Assembly: GCA_009914755.4 (NCBI GenBank)
Contig: CP086569.2
Coordinates: 1,120,001-1,184,000 of the forward strand
DNA from: the human T2T-CHM13v2.0 reference genome, Homo sapiens
Direction: 5' to 3'
Length of the DNA: 64,000 nucleotides
Below, piece after piece: positions 56,866 to 64,000 of the stretch. Both the position numbers and the translations under genes were made by a program. A model generated the notes under the pieces. The model saw nothing but the letters and a program-made list of their open reading frames with translations. It was not told the DNA's origin and searched no databases. Position 1 is the first letter of the stretch, and each line of letters starts with the position of its first letter.

Positions 56866-57387
56866 ATCGCCACAGATACCGAAACATCAACTGAGATGGT
56901 GGCTGACAGGTGGTCTAGGGCCTACAGGGGACTTCAGGACTTGGAGCCGAGAGAGAGCCGAGCTTGGGATGGATCTGACGGTGAGGTGCCAGCTGTTTCC
57001 TCCCTCGTGGGTGTTCCACGTCCCTCCTGCAAACCCCAGCCGGCCCCTTGCTTCAGAGTTTCAGGGGAGATTTGACGATGGAGCAGAGGCAGCCTTCCGG
57101 AACCTTCTACCCCTGACCTTTTGATTCACAAGTCAAAGCTTGGGGAAGAGATGGAGCCAGGCTCTTGGTGGGGAGAAGCGTCTAAAACACAGCAAGGAAG
57201 AAAAAGCGTGGAATCCTCTGGGCCTGCAAGAAGTGAGAGGAGGAGACTCCCACAGGGCGCCCCAGGAAGCAGGTCCACCTCCCCAAGGGAGCACCACATT
57301 CCTGGGTATGAACCTGTGGGTTTCAGAGACCTCAGGCCCTATTTACCTCAGAAGCAGAGGCCTCCGGTGTCAAAGAGACAGCAGAGG

Positions 57388-58300
<913 letters not shown>

Positions 58301-58440
58301 GCAGAGATAGGGCCTAGGATGACTGAGGCCCCTGAAGGCTGTGGCGATCAGCCCCTCCCCTGTGTTCTTTGGCACCTACGGACCCTCTCCAAGGAATGGG
58401 TGGGCAGAGGCTGTCAATATTGGCTGAGAGGGAGCTTTTG

Positions 58441-59065
58441 CAGAACCGCACTGCACCTGCCCAACCCCACTGCACCTGCCCAACCCCACTGCACCTGCCC
58501 AACCCCACTGCGCCTGCCCAACCCCACTGCATCTGCCCAACCACTCTGTGCCTGCCCAACCACACTGCACCTGCCTAACCGTACTGCACCTGCCCAACCG
58601 CACTGCACTTGCCCAATTGCACTGCACCTGCCCAACCCCAATGCACCTGCCTAACCGTACTGCACCTGCCCAACCGCACTGCACCTGCCCAATCCCACTG
58701 CACCTGCCCAATCCCACTGCACCTGCCCAATCCCACTGCACCTGCCCAACCCCACTGTGCCTGCCCAACCGCACTGCACCTGCCCAATCCCACTGCACCT
58801 GCCCAATCCCACTGCACCTGCCCAATCCCACTGCACCTGCCCAACCCCACTGTGCCTGCCCAACCGCACTGCACCTGCCCAATCCCACTGCACCTGCCCA
58901 ACCGCACTGCACCTGCCCAACCACACTGAACCTGCTCAACCCCACTTCACCTGCCCAACCGCACTGCACTTGCCCAACCCCTCTGTGCCTGCCCAACCCC
59001 ACTGTGCCTGCCCAATCGCACTGCACCTGCCCAACCCCACTGCACCTGCCCAACCACACTGCACC
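58441..59065. repeat. 18-bp-period minisatellite, about 35 copies (ccactgcacctgcccaac with variants)
   Basis: Direct reading. The multi-frame P/T/A/H/C-rich ORFs on both strands are artefacts. Confidence 0.92.
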
Positions 59066-59279
59066 AAAGGAAGAGCAATGCAGACATTCAATCCTTTGCA
59101 TGCCTAAACTGGAGAAGACTGTTTATAAGATGCATGCAGGTGGGAGTCACACTGTGGGGGGGAGGGTCATCGGTCACCTGCGTGAGATCAGGGTTGTGCA
59201 GGTGGAGAAAAGAGAGGGAGGGGAGACAGATTCTATGATGAGGACAGGTGTGGTGAAAATGGGTCTCAAAAGAAATTTA

Positions 59280-60345
<1,066 letters not shown>

Positions 60346-60912
60346 AGGTAGTTGGGATCTATCTGCTATTTCTCAGGCTCCCTCCTGGAAGTTGGAACTG
60401 ATCTCACTTGTTCCAAGACCCTCACCTTAAATCACATTGTTAGACGGTGAACCATCCAAAGCCCCCAGGCCAGCAAAGATACTACCAGGGGCCATTCCAG
60501 GACCTGAGGTATCACCACCCTCCAGCCAAGACCCAAGGCAAGACTTCCCTTTGGGTAAGGCTAGGTCTTCAGTGCACAGCGTCTAACAAGCGACAGGAGA
60601 AAGGTATGTCCTGGAGATGGGCTTGGCCCGGGAAGAGCCATGGAGACTCACGTTCAGCCCCTGCCCATCCACGCGGGAGGGAACACCGGCGTCATGGGGC
60701 TCCCCAACGCCTGGGTTCTCCTGAATGAGATCAACAGCACCACCACCTCCTACATCCGTGCCTGCGTCTCTCATCCTGTTGAGTCATGCCGTGGGGAGCA
60801 AGTTCCCTAATTCTGTCTTCCTGTGTGGACACAAAACCAGCAGCCGACGCCCCAGACACAGAGGCGTTGAGGGCGTGGGGCCAACACGCTTGCCCCCCTA
60901 ACGGTTTGCTGA

Positions 60913-61668
<756 letters not shown>

Positions 61669-61867
61669 ATTTCTGTAACGTGCAAATTTCTGTAACGTGC
61701 ACGCACAGAAGCCTTCAGAATGAAGACCCACGCTCCCAGGGAGGTACAAGCTTTTGGAGTGGAAGAAGAGGAAGAAGAGAAATTCTAATGGGGCTTGGAT
61801 CTTCTCTCCTGGAGTGGGAAAAGAGGAATTCTATTGAGGGAAAGTAAGAGATTGCTAGGAAGATCCT

Positions 61868-62657
<790 letters not shown>

Positions 62658-62660
62658 TGA

Positions 62661-64000
<1,340 letters not shown>

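Overview
This window is primate (almost certainly human) genomic DNA, not a prokaryotic island. It carries the complete protein-coding part of CSF2RA (GM-CSF receptor alpha chain; pseudoautosomal region 1, Xp22.33/Yp11) on the + strand. There are 11 coding exons between 25172 and 53722. Splicing them with canonical GT/AG sites gives a 1203-nt ORF of 400 aa plus stop. From memory, this matches the GM-CSF receptor alpha precursor: signal peptide, WSSWS motif, a single transmembrane exon, and the proline-rich box-1 tail [11 protein letters not shown]. The two non-coding 5' exons reported for this gene should lie upstream of 25146. I cannot place them from sequence alone. The first coding exon also includes 26 nt of 5'UTR (25146-25171) ahead of the ATG.

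More than half of the window is Alu: over 90 copies in both orientations, many with intact target-site duplications. There are also two MaLR (THE1/MST-type) solo LTRs and one L1 3'-end fragment.

The unusual feature is the amount and organisation of tandem DNA:
- Minisatellites: a 114-bp array, a 2-kb TG-rich array with a ~520-bp higher-order repeat (HOR), a 43-bp array with a ~305-bp higher-order repeat, a ~4.6-kb 57-bp VNTR, a 39-bp array, a 48-bp array and an 18-bp array.
- Kilobase-scale homopurine/homopyrimidine tracts.
- At least ten places where whole Alus, or Alu plus flank, have been tandemly amplified, including a 182/364-bp Alu-derived satellite.
- Coding exons 6 and 7 (exon 7 is a 30-nt micro-exon) sit inside about 9 kb of minisatellite DNA.
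- An Alu about 230 bp upstream of the last exon carries an inverted two-unit insertion copied from the 39-bp array 1 kb away, flanked by a short duplication.

I see no evidence of a novel gene system. The long ORFs the ORF track reports inside repeats are periodicity artefacts. The observations worth following up are structural: recombination and VNTR architecture around CSF2RA exons.
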